NCBI GenBank assembly: GCA_913043275.1
Contig: CAJWLL010000004.1
Span: 41,447 to 105,446, forward strand
Length of the DNA stretch: 64,000 nucleotides
Origin: an uncultured Flavobacteriaceae bacterium
GTDB taxonomy: Bacteria; Bacteroidota; Bacteroidia; Flavobacteriales; Flavobacteriaceae
Direction of reading: 5' to 3'
Shown here: in pieces, positions 20,046 to 30,155 of the stretch
Numbering within the stretch: the stretch's first letter is position 1
How the letters are laid out: each line of letters begins with the position of its first letter
Notes under the pieces: generated by a model
Databases searched by the model: none
Told to the model about the DNA's origin: nothing
Seen by the model: the letters and a program-made list of their open reading frames with translations, nothing else
Made by a program: the position numbers and the translations under genes

Positions 20046-20079
20046 AAAAAAGGGTTTAGATAATTATCTAAACCCTTTT
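20046..20079. terminator. Perfect 16+16 nt palindrome AAAAGGGTTTAGATAA/TTATCTAAACCCTTTT, probably a bidirectional terminator
   Basis: Read directly. It lies 20 nt downstream of the susC'-'susD remnant stop. Confidence 0.5.
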
Positions 20080-20099
20080 AATAGAAAATTAATTAAGTT

Positions 20100-20272
20100 T
20101 TAATAACCAGGATTCTGGGGAAGTATCGAAGGATCATTAACTTTTAATATTTCTGCTTCTGGAACACCAGATTCATCTGAAACGTTTCCATTGATAGTCC
20201 TTTGTGCAAAAGTTAAATTGAATGTCAAAAAAAGAGTTAAAATCAGTAATAAATGATTTTTTTTTGTTTCAT
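20100..20272 (-). pseudogene. Deletion scar: 5' end of a susC paralog fused to the last ~19 codons of a susD-like gene, frameshifted
   Basis: 20161-20283 aligns by eye at more than 90% identity with 25266-25392, the start and leader of the intact susC. The corrected reading is MKQKKNHLLLILTLFLTFNLTFAQRTINGNVSDESGVP|EAEILKVNDPSILPQNPGY*. The remnant has a 9-T run where susC has ttc+7T. That is 1 nt shorter, so the actual frame stops after 9 codons. Confidence 0.7.
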
Positions 20273-20417
20273 AATTAGTTCGATTGTTTTCATTAAAAAA
20301 AATTAGATAATAAATAAATTAGTTAAAATCTAGTTTAGATTATAACTAAATATATGCTTTTTTTTTAGAAAAAAATTTAATGGTCTTTTTTATCAATTTA
20401 CTTAAACAAAATGATTA

Positions 20418-20455
20418 AAAAAACCCGTTTCAGTGATCACAAAAACGGGTTTTTA
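20418..20455 (-). terminator. Rho-independent terminator downstream of susD
   Basis: Stem aaacccgttt / aaacgggttt with a 12-nt loop. It is followed by a T-run on the minus strand. Confidence 0.65.
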
Positions 20456-20477
20456 AAATTATTTGAAAAAATTATTT

Positions 20478-22328
20478 TTAATAGCCAGGGTTTTGACTAA
20501 CATCATTCGTAGCAAGATCAATTTCAGAAAGTGGTATTGGTCTTAAATAATGGTGTTCTTGAATATAGTTAAGTCCACCAATCCAAACATTGTATGCTTT
20601 ACTTCTGCTAATTAAAGTACCGGTTCTTTTTAAATCATACCATCTAAGTCCCTCACCCATAAACTCTCGTGCTCTTTCATCCATTATCATTTCAATGGTA
20701 ACTGATCCCGAAGCTCTGTAGCTTTTGGCAGTAGTTGAGCTCAAATCATTTGGGTCAGCAGCCATATCAGCTTCAGCAGTAGATCCACCAACTGCTCGAT
20801 TAACAACTTCATTGTAGTAGTCAACCGCTGAGCCAACAGAACCATTACTTGCCCCTTTTACAATCGCTTCGGCAGCTATTAAATAGGCTTCAGAAGACCT
20901 CATCACTGGGTGGTCAGCCTCCCCAAAACCATTTCCATAATCGATGCCAGGCTCCCAAAACTTCCACATCATTGGTTTTGCCTGTTGATTGTGATAGTTG
21001 GATTCATCAATTTTACCAATTTGATCAATATTGATCACAGCGAAATTTTGATCTCCGCCAACGTCCTTACCCCTCTCAGCTAAGGTAGTTGCTGGATTAT
21101 TCCAGTCTCTGTATTCCACAACAACATCACCAGCCTTTATATCAATAGGTGCAACACCTTCTTTTGGCACAAATCCAGGATTATCAACGACTGCATAAAC
21201 TTTTTCAACAAAATTTAAGTGATATCTAGTATCTGTTTCCGGATCAAAAAGGCGCCAAACACCGGGTTGAGTATTATGATTACCTAATTGTCTATTATAA
21301 TCAGATGTTCTTCCTGGGCTACCAGGAGACTCATCGTGACTTCCACCAAAAATACTGTGTGAATTATTTCCAGAGTCGGCCGTCAATTGGTCACCGATAG
21401 CATAATCATCCTCACCATAATTTGTCAGCGGATTATTAGAGTATTGGACAGAAAATATAACTTCACTGTTTTTATAATTTTGATCACCAGGTCCATGAGT
21501 TTGATTAGTTGGATCCTCAGATTTTTTTGGAAAAATATCTTTATAATTGGCAACCATTGGGTGTGCTGCTATAACTTTGTCTGCATACTCTCTTGCAGAT
21601 GTGAAATCAGCAGGAGTACCACCCAAAGCATTTTGAAAATTCCAACCTCTAGTCAGATATACTTTTGCAAGAAGGTGTTGTGCAGCTCCTTTATTTGCTC
21701 TACCATAATCAGATGCTGATGCAGGTAAAACTGATTCAGCCTCAGTTAAATCAGAGATTATCTGTGAATAAACTTCAGCAGATGGAACCCTTGTTACTTC
21801 TTTAGAAGCACCAGTAGTTTCTTCAAGAGGCATTGGAATATCACCAAACTGCTGAACTAGATTAAATAGGCAGTAAGCCCTGATAAATTTTGCTTCAGCA
21901 ACTCTAACAGAAAGCGTATTGGCATAGGAACCAACACTCTCAACGCTTAAGGAGCGAGAGATTACAGTATTTGCTCTATTTATAGCTTTATAATGATAAA
22001 CCCAAAAATCTTGCACCTCCCCAACTCCAGAAGTAAATTCTGGGCCATAAGTAAAAATATTTACGTTGTTTGCTGCAATATCAGTATTTATATAAGAACC
22101 ACTTCTGGTAAAAAGATCTGTACCATTTAAAGATAAAGCTCTCAATTGCACCAATTGTCTCATCAATGGATAAATTGACTTACTTAAATCTTCAAATCCA
22201 GCAGGAGTAGAAAAATAGGCTCCAGCAGTTTGATTGGAAATACTTTCCTCTTTAAGTAAAGGTTCAGTCTCACAACTCATTGCGAATAACAAAGAGAAAG
22301 CGATTAAAATTTTATTTAATGTTTTCAT
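20478..22328 (-). CDS. SusD/RagB family nutrient-binding outer-membrane lipoprotein
   Basis: Lipobox LLFAMSC. It lies directly downstream of susC and ends in QNPGY. An alternative ATG is at 22358. Confidence 0.9.
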   Translation of the reverse strand: MKTLNKILIAFSLLFAMSCETEPLLKEESISNQTAGAYFSTPAGFEDLSKSIYPLMRQLVQLRALSLNGTDLFTRSGSYINTDIAANNVNIFTYGPEFTSGVGEVQDFWVYHYKAINRANTVISRSLSVESVGSYANTLSVRVAEAKFIRAYCLFNLVQQFGDIPMPLEETTGASKEVTRVPSAEVYSQIISDLTEAESVLPASASDYGRANKGAAQHLLAKVYLTRGWNFQNALGGTPADFTSAREYADKVIAAHPMVANYKDIFPKKSEDPTNQTHGPGDQNYKNSEVIFSVQYSNNPLTNYGEDDYAIGDQLTADSGNNSHSIFGGSHDESPGSPGRTSDYNRQLGNHNTQPGVWRLFDPETDTRYHLNFVEKVYAVVDNPGFVPKEGVAPIDIKAGDVVVEYRDWNNPATTLAERGKDVGGDQNFAVINIDQIGKIDESNYHNQQAKPMMWKFWEPGIDYGNGFGEADHPVMRSSEAYLIAAEAIVKGASNGSVGSAVDYYNEVVNRAVGGSTAEADMAADPNDLSSTTAKSYRASGSVTIEMIMDERAREFMGEGLRWYDLKRTGTLISRSKAYNVWIGGLNYIQEHHYLRPIPLSEIDLATNDVSQNPGY

Positions 22329-22376
22329 TTCTATTTTAATTTCTTTTAAACTTTTCATTGTATTGCTTATTTGTAA

Positions 22377-25300
22377 TTAAAAATTAATGTTAAGTCCAAA
22401 CAATACAGTAAGAGCAGGTAGATCATCATCGTTTCCACCTGAATTGTATTCAGGATCAAAAGACAGAAAATCAGTAAAAACAAATGGATTTTGCAATTGA
22501 CCATATAATCTGAATCTTGAAACTCCAAGTTCATCTAGAATGTTATTTGGCAAACTGTAACCCATTGTAATATCAGAAATCCGAACAAAATCTGCCATCT
22601 GATAGCTAAGTCCAACTCTAGATGTTCCTCCCTTTTTCTCGTTTTTGGAATTTAATCCAGGTCCAGTTACTGGACTGAAATAAGTATTACTAGGATTAGT
22701 AGGAGTCCAATAGTCAATATCTGATGATCTGTTATATCGATCACTAGCAATATCTCCGTAAGTACCATTTAAGAATGCATTGGAGTACATTTGACCTTGG
22801 CGTGTATATACAAAGAAGGACAAATCCCAGTTTTTATAATTAAACTGATTTCTCAAACCAGCAGTCCAATCTGGAGTACCTTTACCAACTATCATTCTGT
22901 CTTCAGAGTTGATTTTCTTATCACCGTTAAGGTCACGAATTCTGATCTGTCCGGGTATTTGTCCAAATTCTGCAGCCTGAGCCTCCTGTCCTAATTGCCA
23001 TATGCCTTCAAACATATAAGTGTAATAAGCTTTTACAGATTCTCCGACAAATCGACCGTTTCCTATATCTTCAGTCAAACCTCCAGCGAGCTTAACTACC
23101 TTATCGTCATTGGCAGTAAAGGTTATATTAGAAGACCATTTGAAATCTCCTTTATTTATGTTAATTGAGTTAAGCGATACCTCAATACCACTATTTTCAA
23201 TTTCGCCTACATTATCTAATACGTTGTTAAATCCAGTAGAATTTGGAACTTTGTCATCCAAAATCAAATCTTCGGTATTTCTTTTATAATATTCAACTGT
23301 TCCACTTAGTTTATTGCCGCTAAAAGAAAAGTCTACCCCATAATTGATCTCTTTACTTCTCTCCCATACAATTCCTTGATTCGCTAGACTATTAATAGTA
23401 TATCCAAGTGCTGGATTTCCATCAAAATCATAAAAAGTCTGGAAAATATTCGATTGAGTCGCATAAGGATTAATACTTGCGTTATTTCCAACCTCACCGT
23501 AACTAGCTCTTAGTTTAAGATTTGAAAATAATCCCAAATTCTTAACAAAAGATTCCTCAGATAATCTCCAACCAATAGCAGCGGAGGGGAAAAAAGCCCA
23601 TTTATTGCCATCAGCTAATTGAGATGCACCGTCCTGTCGACCAGTAACAGTTAATAAATACTTTCCATCAAAGCTATAATTAATCCTTCCCATATAAGAG
23701 GCTATCGAATAATCACTTAGATTAGAGCCATAACTAGTAACAGTTGCTCCGGTTCCAAGGCTATGCCATAATGACTTATAGGGAAGATCTTCAACACCAA
23801 TATTAATGGATTCATTATACTCCTCAAAAATACTAAAAAGAGCTGTAGCGTCAATCGAGTGCTTACCAATTTGCTTTTGATAGTTTAAAGTGTTATCAAT
23901 TGTATAGTTTGAAGTTTTGTTTTGAATTGTTGACGCTATTGGACTTCTTGAACCTTTTCGGGATTTAGTGTAAGTTCCTCTATACTCACCTTCTCTTTGA
24001 TTATTACTATAAGTAGAGTATGATGTTTTGAATTTTAATCCAGGCATAAATTCATACTCTAAGTATGCATTAGCAATCATAGAATTGGATTTCCTTTGTC
24101 TTTGAAAATTATCACTATCTATTTCAATCAATGGATTAATAACTTGAGAATCATTGATTCCCATGTAGAAAGCATAATCACCCACAGGCCCAAAATTTGT
24201 ATCTCTTTTATTTGGATTTACAATTTCATCAAAATATGGAGTTGCTGTTGGTCTTGCTCTCATTGCAGATCTTACTGCCTCAGTTGAACCCCAATTTCTT
24301 TCGTTTTGTGTAATATACGCAGTAAATCCAATTTTAAATTTATCTGATACTTGACTTTCAATACCTGCGTTTAGACTTAAACGACCATAGTCAGCATTTT
24401 GTACTAAACCTTCCTCTAACTGTTTTCCTGCTGAGAAATTATAAGTTGTTGAATCAGATCCTCCTGAAACTGAAATGGTGTGATTTTGCTGGACAGCATC
24501 GCGAGTTACTAGTTCTAACCAATCAGTAGTAAAGCCATTGTTAACGTTGTACATCTCTTGGTCAGTAAAACCTCTACCATACCTATCCTTATCTTGATAT
24601 AAATCATAATATTGTTTTGAATCCAATAAATTAGGTACATGAGCTTTTGTTTTTATACCATAATACCCATTATATGATACACTTGGTTTTCCAGATTTGC
24701 CTTTTTTAGTAGTTATAATTATAACACCATTGGCACCACGGGCACCATATACAGCTGTAGAAGAAGCGTCTTTAAGAACATCAATAGCCTGAATATCAAT
24801 AGGGTTAATGTCATTAATGTTAGCGCCTAAAATTCCGTCAACAACAACTAAAGGACGAGTTTTTTCATCATCAAAGTTGTTGAGGCCTCTAATGTTAATC
24901 TCAAAATCGTCACCAGGTCGACTTTTTGCTTTAGTTACCAACACCCCAGCGACTTGGCCCTGAAGTGATGCAGCAGCCTGAACTGGGTTGGCTCTTTGAA
25001 TAACCTCTGTTTTGATTTGAGCTATAGCTCCAGTCAAATCTCGTTTCTTAACAGATCCATAACCTGTTAAAACAATTTCTTCAAGCTCATCAGAACCCAT
25101 CAGCATAGAAACATTAAATGAGTCAGTGTTTGCTACCTCAATCTCCTTTTCCACAAAGCCAACAAATGAAAAAATTAATACATCAGAATCTGAGGAAAAA
25201 ATTGAATAATTTCCATCAAAATCTGTTGTAGTTCCCGTTTCCGTACCTTTAATAACTACATTAACTCCTGGCAAGGGAACACCAGACTCGTCCGAAACAA

Positions 25301-25388
25301 TTCCAGTGATAGTCCTTTGTGCAAAAGTTAAATTGAAAGTTAAAAAAAGAGTTAAAATCAGTAATAAATGATTCTTTTTTTGTTTCAT
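22377..25388 (-). CDS. SusC/RagA family TonB-dependent outer-membrane transporter
   Basis: 1003 aa. Carboxypeptidase-regulatory-like N-terminus ITGIVSDESGVPLPGVNVVIKGT. Plug region IVLTGYGSVKKRDLTGA. C-terminal LFGLNINF. Confidence 0.95.
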   Translation of the reverse strand: MKQKKNHLLLILTLFLTFNLTFAQRTITGIVSDESGVPLPGVNVVIKGTETGTTTDFDGNYSIFSSDSDVLIFSFVGFVEKEIEVANTDSFNVSMLMGSDELEEIVLTGYGSVKKRDLTGAIAQIKTEVIQRANPVQAAASLQGQVAGVLVTKAKSRPGDDFEINIRGLNNFDDEKTRPLVVVDGILGANINDINPIDIQAIDVLKDASSTAVYGARGANGVIIITTKKGKSGKPSVSYNGYYGIKTKAHVPNLLDSKQYYDLYQDKDRYGRGFTDQEMYNVNNGFTTDWLELVTRDAVQQNHTISVSGGSDSTTYNFSAGKQLEEGLVQNADYGRLSLNAGIESQVSDKFKIGFTAYITQNERNWGSTEAVRSAMRARPTATPYFDEIVNPNKRDTNFGPVGDYAFYMGINDSQVINPLIEIDSDNFQRQRKSNSMIANAYLEYEFMPGLKFKTSYSTYSNNQREGEYRGTYTKSRKGSRSPIASTIQNKTSNYTIDNTLNYQKQIGKHSIDATALFSIFEEYNESINIGVEDLPYKSLWHSLGTGATVTSYGSNLSDYSIASYMGRINYSFDGKYLLTVTGRQDGASQLADGNKWAFFPSAAIGWRLSEESFVKNLGLFSNLKLRASYGEVGNNASINPYATQSNIFQTFYDFDGNPALGYTINSLANQGIVWERSKEINYGVDFSFSGNKLSGTVEYYKRNTEDLILDDKVPNSTGFNNVLDNVGEIENSGIEVSLNSININKGDFKWSSNITFTANDDKVVKLAGGLTEDIGNGRFVGESVKAYYTYMFEGIWQLGQEAQAAEFGQIPGQIRIRDLNGDKKINSEDRMIVGKGTPDWTAGLRNQFNYKNWDLSFFVYTRQGQMYSNAFLNGTYGDIASDRYNRSSDIDYWTPTNPSNTYFSPVTGPGLNSKNEKKGGTSRVGLSYQMADFVRISDITMGYSLPNNILDELGVSRFRLYGQLQNPFVFTDFLSFDPEYNSGGNDDDLPALTVLFGLNINF

Positions 25389-25517
25389 AATTAGTTTGTT
25401 AATTTAAGTTATTTTCTTATAATAAACGAGCTAATATAACAGATTTATTCTAATTAACTAAGAATACTTTTTTTAAAAACTTTTTGGGTATTTCAAAGTA
25501 AGGGTGGGTAAAGAAAT

Positions 25518-27020
25518 TTAATTTTTATTGATATTATTATAAAAATCTGGAGTTTTCTTGATAAGAATTGGCATTAATGAATCAATTATTTTTTCTTCAT
25601 CTGCGGCTACATTGAAGTTTTCCTCGGGATCTATTAAATGATCGAATAATTCGACTTTTGGTTCTACCTCTCTAAAAAACTTTGTCAAACGATATTTATC
25701 AGTTCTCATACTGACACCATCGCTCCAATAGCTATAGGCTCTAGTTTCTTCATCACTTTTACCTGATCGGATCAATTCCAATAAACTTTTACCATCAAGA
25801 TCATAAGGGTATTTTATTCCACAAAAATCTAGAATAGTAGGGTATAAATCAACAGACTCAACAATAGTATTAATTTCTTTTGAAACATGCTGATCTGCTG
25901 GCAGTTTAACTATCAATGCACTTTTAAGAGATCGCTCAAAAAGAGAATGCTTTCCCCACTTTCTATCATTTCCTAAATGCCATCCGTGATCACCCCACAA
26001 AACAATCAGGGTGTTTTTATCCAAATCAAGAGCCTTAAGCTCTTTCAAAAGTTGGCCTATAAGATGGTCTACATAGCTAATGGATGCATAATATCCGTGA
26101 ATCAATTTTCTTGCATAGTCATCCGAAACGGGTTGGTCAAGAGTTGGCTTTTCATCTGACAATTTATAATTGTAAAACTCCCCCATTTTTCCAAGGCTTT
26201 TAGGGTGAACGTTTTTAGGGATAAAGGGATCTGAAGCAATTGGAATTGACGACCTTTCGTATAAATCCCAATATTTTTTTGGAGCATTAAAAGGCAAATG
26301 AGGTTTGAAAAAACCTACCCCAAGAAAAAACGGTTTATGCTGGGCTTTTAATTTTTTTAATTCCTCAACAGCGCTATTTAAAATTAATCCGTCAGGATAA
26401 CCATTATCGGGAATGTTTACACTTTCATAGGGTTTCACCAGTCCATTTAAACTCTGACGATTTTCTCCATTGGCATAAGCAAAAAAGGAGTTCCATCCGG
26501 TTTTCCATTTGCCGGGATTGAATATAAAACGATCCCAACTGTGGGGCATTTCTTTTACATCTGAAGGTTTTTCTTTATATCCATAAACCAGTCCATCTAC
26601 AGAATGACTCAGTTTACCTATACCAACAGTTGTATATCCATTTCTTCTAAAATGATGTACAATGGATTCTGGTTGATCTTTTTCATCTTGATTGGCCATT
26701 TCACTGTAAAAAGCCCGATTGCTAATATGAATTTTTTTTCGCGGGCGAAGCCCTGTCATTAGACTGTAGCGAGATGCACCACATGTGGGAACTTGAACGT
26801 AGTGTCGGCTAAAAAAACTACCCTCTCTTGCCAATTGATCTATGTTGGGGCTTTTCACAACTTGATTCCCATAGATCCCAAGTTCAGGTCTTAGGTCGTC
26901 AACCGCTATAAAAAGGACATTTGGAGATTTAAATTTTGAAACTTGCCTTTCAGATTGACAAGCAATTCCTAAAAGGAATAAAGAGATTAAAATCCATTTA
27001 TTTTTTAAAATATATACCAT
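25518..27020 (-). CDS. Sulfatase (iduronate-2-sulfatase-like group)
   Basis: Motifs VLFIAVDDLRPELG and VPTCGASRYSLMTG (the C-x-A-x-R variant). Confidence 0.88.
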   Translation of the reverse strand: MVYILKNKWILISLFLLGIACQSERQVSKFKSPNVLFIAVDDLRPELGIYGNQVVKSPNIDQLAREGSFFSRHYVQVPTCGASRYSLMTGLRPRKKIHISNRAFYSEMANQDEKDQPESIVHHFRRNGYTTVGIGKLSHSVDGLVYGYKEKPSDVKEMPHSWDRFIFNPGKWKTGWNSFFAYANGENRQSLNGLVKPYESVNIPDNGYPDGLILNSAVEELKKLKAQHKPFFLGVGFFKPHLPFNAPKKYWDLYERSSIPIASDPFIPKNVHPKSLGKMGEFYNYKLSDEKPTLDQPVSDDYARKLIHGYYASISYVDHLIGQLLKELKALDLDKNTLIVLWGDHGWHLGNDRKWGKHSLFERSLKSALIVKLPADQHVSKEINTIVESVDLYPTILDFCGIKYPYDLDGKSLLELIRSGKSDEETRAYSYWSDGVSMRTDKYRLTKFFREVEPKVELFDHLIDPEENFNVAADEEKIIDSLMPILIKKTPDFYNNINKN

Positions 27021-27041
27021 GTTTTTAATGCAATTAAAAAA

Positions 27042-28493
27042 TCAATTTTCTAAATAAATAAAAGCAGATGTTTTTTTTGGATCATTATCCTCCCATCCAT
27101 AAAATAAAATGTATTCTTTCAATTGTTCTCCAGAGAAATCATTAATAAATTGGATATTATTAAATTTCCATTTACTTTTTTTATTTATAGGTGTTACTTT
27201 TTTTGAAAATTCCCAATTAATGCCATCTATTGAAACCCACTCTTCTATGTCTCCACCGCCATGCTTATCCATATAGTGTCCATTCATTTCATTAATTTTT
27301 GTCCAATTTTTAAGATTATTTTTTTTAAGGAAATTAATTGCATCATCATATTTAGTCCTTGTTACTTTGTCACCAACTATTAAATATGAAAAATATTTAT
27401 TGTCTTTATATAAAAGTCCCCCATTATTCCATTGGTGATTAGAAGTTCTAATAGGAGATTTTACCCATTCTCCATTCAGGAATTGAACAAAATAATAATT
27501 AAAATCATCAATTGTTTTCTCGGTAATTAAATGAAGAAATGCTGGGTTACCATTTTTATCTATTATTATTTCAGGTGGAATTCCCGCCCCTCTTCCCTGA
27601 GTATTCCAGACAATACAATCCTTATTAGCCGATTGAAGGTCGATTGGAAGAACAAGTTGTTTTCCACTAAAATTATATGCTTTTTGGGTTTTTAAATCAA
27701 CTCTTAAATAATACAAATTGTATTTAAAGTCGTTAGTTACAATCGTATTATATCTTTCATTAAAATATCTGCCAGGATTATTTTCCTTATTATCATCATA
27801 TGATATAAATGCAATGTGAAAAAACTTTCTATCATGACTTAATCTAATAGAGTGATAAGATGACCATTCAAACATTCCTCCCATATCTAGATTAGTAGTA
27901 GTGTTTTCAACATAGGCCCAGCTTTGAGTTTGTTCTTGTTTTATGGCATATTTCCAATGGCCTGTATGACCTCCTTCCCTGAAATAAATAAGGTCACCAT
28001 AAGCTGATTTTGAATAGGATGGGTAAGATACTTTTGTATCTAAAAAGGATTTCTTCACCCAATCATCTTTAGACCTTCCAATTGAACTTTCATTCTTTGA
28101 AATCAAATGGTAACCTGAAGAGTTATGAGTTCCATATACAACATTAATTTTCATTTTATCATCTACCCAAATTATAGGGCAATGATGATGGTCAGATGAT
28201 GAATTATTATCTAAACTAAAAGTGGGCCCAAATTTTTTAGTTTTTATATTAAATGAAGTAATCATTGGTGTTGTTTTAGGCTTTTCATCTAAGTTAACTC
28301 TATTTCCATTGTAAACCAGATAAAGGATATCGCCTAATTTTAATACTTGAGGCCTTTGTCTCCTATCGTATAACATTTTTATATTCCCCCCTTGACCGAA
28401 AGAATATATCGAGTTTAAGCTCTCAACATTTTCTTGGGACCATAAATGAGATGATATGATTAAAAAGAATATTGTTATAAATTTTCGAATCAT
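27042..28493 (-). CDS. Uncharacterised secreted 483-aa protein, possibly BNR-4/beta-propeller-like
   Basis: Signal peptide MIRKFITIFFLIISSHLWS. W/Y/N/K-rich. The segment SSDHHHCPIIWVDDKMKINVVYGTHNS reminds me of the BNR_4 family, but I could not verify this. Confidence 0.35.
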   Translation of the reverse strand: MIRKFITIFFLIISSHLWSQENVESLNSIYSFGQGGNIKMLYDRRQRPQVLKLGDILYLVYNGNRVNLDEKPKTTPMITSFNIKTKKFGPTFSLDNNSSSDHHHCPIIWVDDKMKINVVYGTHNSSGYHLISKNESSIGRSKDDWVKKSFLDTKVSYPSYSKSAYGDLIYFREGGHTGHWKYAIKQEQTQSWAYVENTTTNLDMGGMFEWSSYHSIRLSHDRKFFHIAFISYDDNKENNPGRYFNERYNTIVTNDFKYNLYYLRVDLKTQKAYNFSGKQLVLPIDLQSANKDCIVWNTQGRGAGIPPEIIIDKNGNPAFLHLITEKTIDDFNYYFVQFLNGEWVKSPIRTSNHQWNNGGLLYKDNKYFSYLIVGDKVTRTKYDDAINFLKKNNLKNWTKINEMNGHYMDKHGGGDIEEWVSIDGINWEFSKKVTPINKKSKWKFNNIQFINDFSGEQLKEYILFYGWEDNDPKKTSAFIYLEN

Positions 28494-28519
28494 GTAAATA
28501 AGTAAATTTAATTAAAAAA

Positions 28520-30067
28520 TTACCAGCTTTTGGAGATTACATTTTGCATCTCAGGGCTATCTATTTGAGAATCACCAAAATCCTCTCTCAATTGAATTAA
28601 TTCGTTTTTCAATTTCTTAATAGTGGATTGATAATTAGGGTTATCGTATTGATTTTTAAGTTCCAAAGGGTCATTTTCCAAATCGTAAAATTCCCAACTA
28701 GGTGGAGTCGCTTGATCGGTATAGGTTCCCTTAAGCCCCAATGAGAGACCATAGTAAAAAATCAGTTTGTTGCGATCTGTCCGAATACCCAGATGAGCAG
28801 GTCGATTGATTGAATGAGCGTAATATCTATAATACATCTTGTCCCTCCAATTATCAGCAGTTTGCATAATGAGATTTTTTCTAAAACTTTTGCCTTGAAA
28901 GTCTTCGGGTTGGGCAATTTCGGAATAGTCTAACAGAAGTGAGGGGAAGTCAATATTCAGTATAATGTCATTTACTCTTTTCCCTGCAGGAATTTCTTCT
29001 GGATAACGAATAACAAATGGCATTCGAGCAGATTCTTCCAAAAACATTCTCTTATCAAACATTCCGTGCTCACCCAAAAAATAACCCTGGTCAGAAGTAT
29101 ATATTATTAGGGTGTTTTCAGTCAAACCATTTTCATCTAAATAAGTTAACATTTTACCGATATTATCGTCTATTGCCGCAGCTGATTTCAAAAAGTCTTT
29201 GACGAATTTCTGATAGGTTTTTTTTCTTGCCTGAGCAGCATCCAACCCTTCTGTGTCAAAAGGTAGACCAGGATATCGTCCGTTATTTTTAAGAGTGGCC
29301 TGACGCCAACGCTCAGCTAAAATCTCAAGAATTTGACCATCAAAGCTGCGACCAGACTGTTTGGGATCAAAGTCAAGTAATGAAATGGGTTCTGGAATCG
29401 TATCGTTTTCAAATAAATTATTGAATCGTTCAGGATAATCAAAGGGCTCATGAGTAGCTTTAAAATGAGTCATTAGCATAAAAGGCTTTTCTTTGTCTCT
29501 TTGTTCTAACCACCTTAGAGATTCATCCATGATTACATCGGCGGAGAATCCAGTGTACTCCTTCCCTCCTTTGTTACCGTATTCCCAATTATCATTATTT
29601 TTTAAAATAGGGTTGTTGTATCTACCCTGTCCAGGCAGTATATTAAAATAGTCAAAACCAGAGGGTCTGTCTTTTAAGTGCCACTTCCCAATAAGAGCAG
29701 TTTGATAACCCGATTCTTTAATCAATTTTGCTACGTTTTGTCTACTTGGATCCAAGGCGTCGGTAAGGGTGAATACTTGATTTTTATGGCTGTATTGGCC
29801 AGTAAGTATAGAGGCACGGCTTGGAACGCAAATGGAATTAATACAAAAAGCATTGTCTAAAACCACACCTTCTGCCGCCAACCTTTTGATGTTTTTATTG
29901 ACCGCATATCTTTCTAAAACTCCACCATAAATTCCCCATGCCTGGCTGGTATGATCATCAGACATCACAAAGATGATATTAGGGGGTTGTTTGTTTTTCT
30001 TGGAATAAGAGGTACAACAATAAATAAGTATCAAAAAACACAGAATGTAGAGGAATTTAGATTTCAT
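28520..30067 (-). CDS. Sulfatase (N-sulfoglucosamine sulfohydrolase-like)
   Basis: Signal peptide MKSKFLYILCFLILIYCC. Motifs IIFVMSDDHTSQ and NSICVPSRASILTG. The ORF track start is 30097. A minus-strand TAATTTTG box at 30095-30102 favours 30067. Confidence 0.9.
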   Translation of the reverse strand: MKSKFLYILCFLILIYCCTSYSKKNKQPPNIIFVMSDDHTSQAWGIYGGVLERYAVNKNIKRLAAEGVVLDNAFCINSICVPSRASILTGQYSHKNQVFTLTDALDPSRQNVAKLIKESGYQTALIGKWHLKDRPSGFDYFNILPGQGRYNNPILKNNDNWEYGNKGGKEYTGFSADVIMDESLRWLEQRDKEKPFMLMTHFKATHEPFDYPERFNNLFENDTIPEPISLLDFDPKQSGRSFDGQILEILAERWRQATLKNNGRYPGLPFDTEGLDAAQARKKTYQKFVKDFLKSAAAIDDNIGKMLTYLDENGLTENTLIIYTSDQGYFLGEHGMFDKRMFLEESARMPFVIRYPEEIPAGKRVNDIILNIDFPSLLLDYSEIAQPEDFQGKSFRKNLIMQTADNWRDKMYYRYYAHSINRPAHLGIRTDRNKLIFYYGLSLGLKGTYTDQATPPSWEFYDLENDPLELKNQYDNPNYQSTIKKLKNELIQLREDFGDSQIDSPEMQNVISKSW

Positions 30068-30094
30068 ATTTTGATTTTTTTTTTGACAGAATAT

Positions 30095-30102
30095 CAAAAT
30101 TA
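30095..30102 (-). promoter_or_regulatory. Candidate Bacteroidota -7 box TAATTTTG
   Basis: Matches TAnnTTTG, 28 nt upstream of the ATG at 30067. Short motifs like this are common in AT-rich DNA. Confidence 0.3.
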
Positions 30103-30110
30103 TTTTTTGT

Positions 30111-30118
30111 TACATTTG
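30111..30118 (+). promoter_or_regulatory. Candidate -7 box TACATTTG for the plus-strand half of the PUL
   Basis: Matches TAnnTTTG, 38 nt upstream of the ATG at 30156. A TTTG lies at 30082-30085, but its spacing is wider than canonical. Confidence 0.3.
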
Positions 30119-30155
30119 TTTTTACGCATACAAAATCAACAAATATTTCACAACA

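Noticed and set aside
25518-27020. C-G-A-S-R instead of C-x-P-x-R in one sulfatase, as a possible inactive enzyme
   Set aside because: The accepted FGly consensus is (C/S)-x-(P/A)-x-R, so the Ala variant is compatible with maturation.
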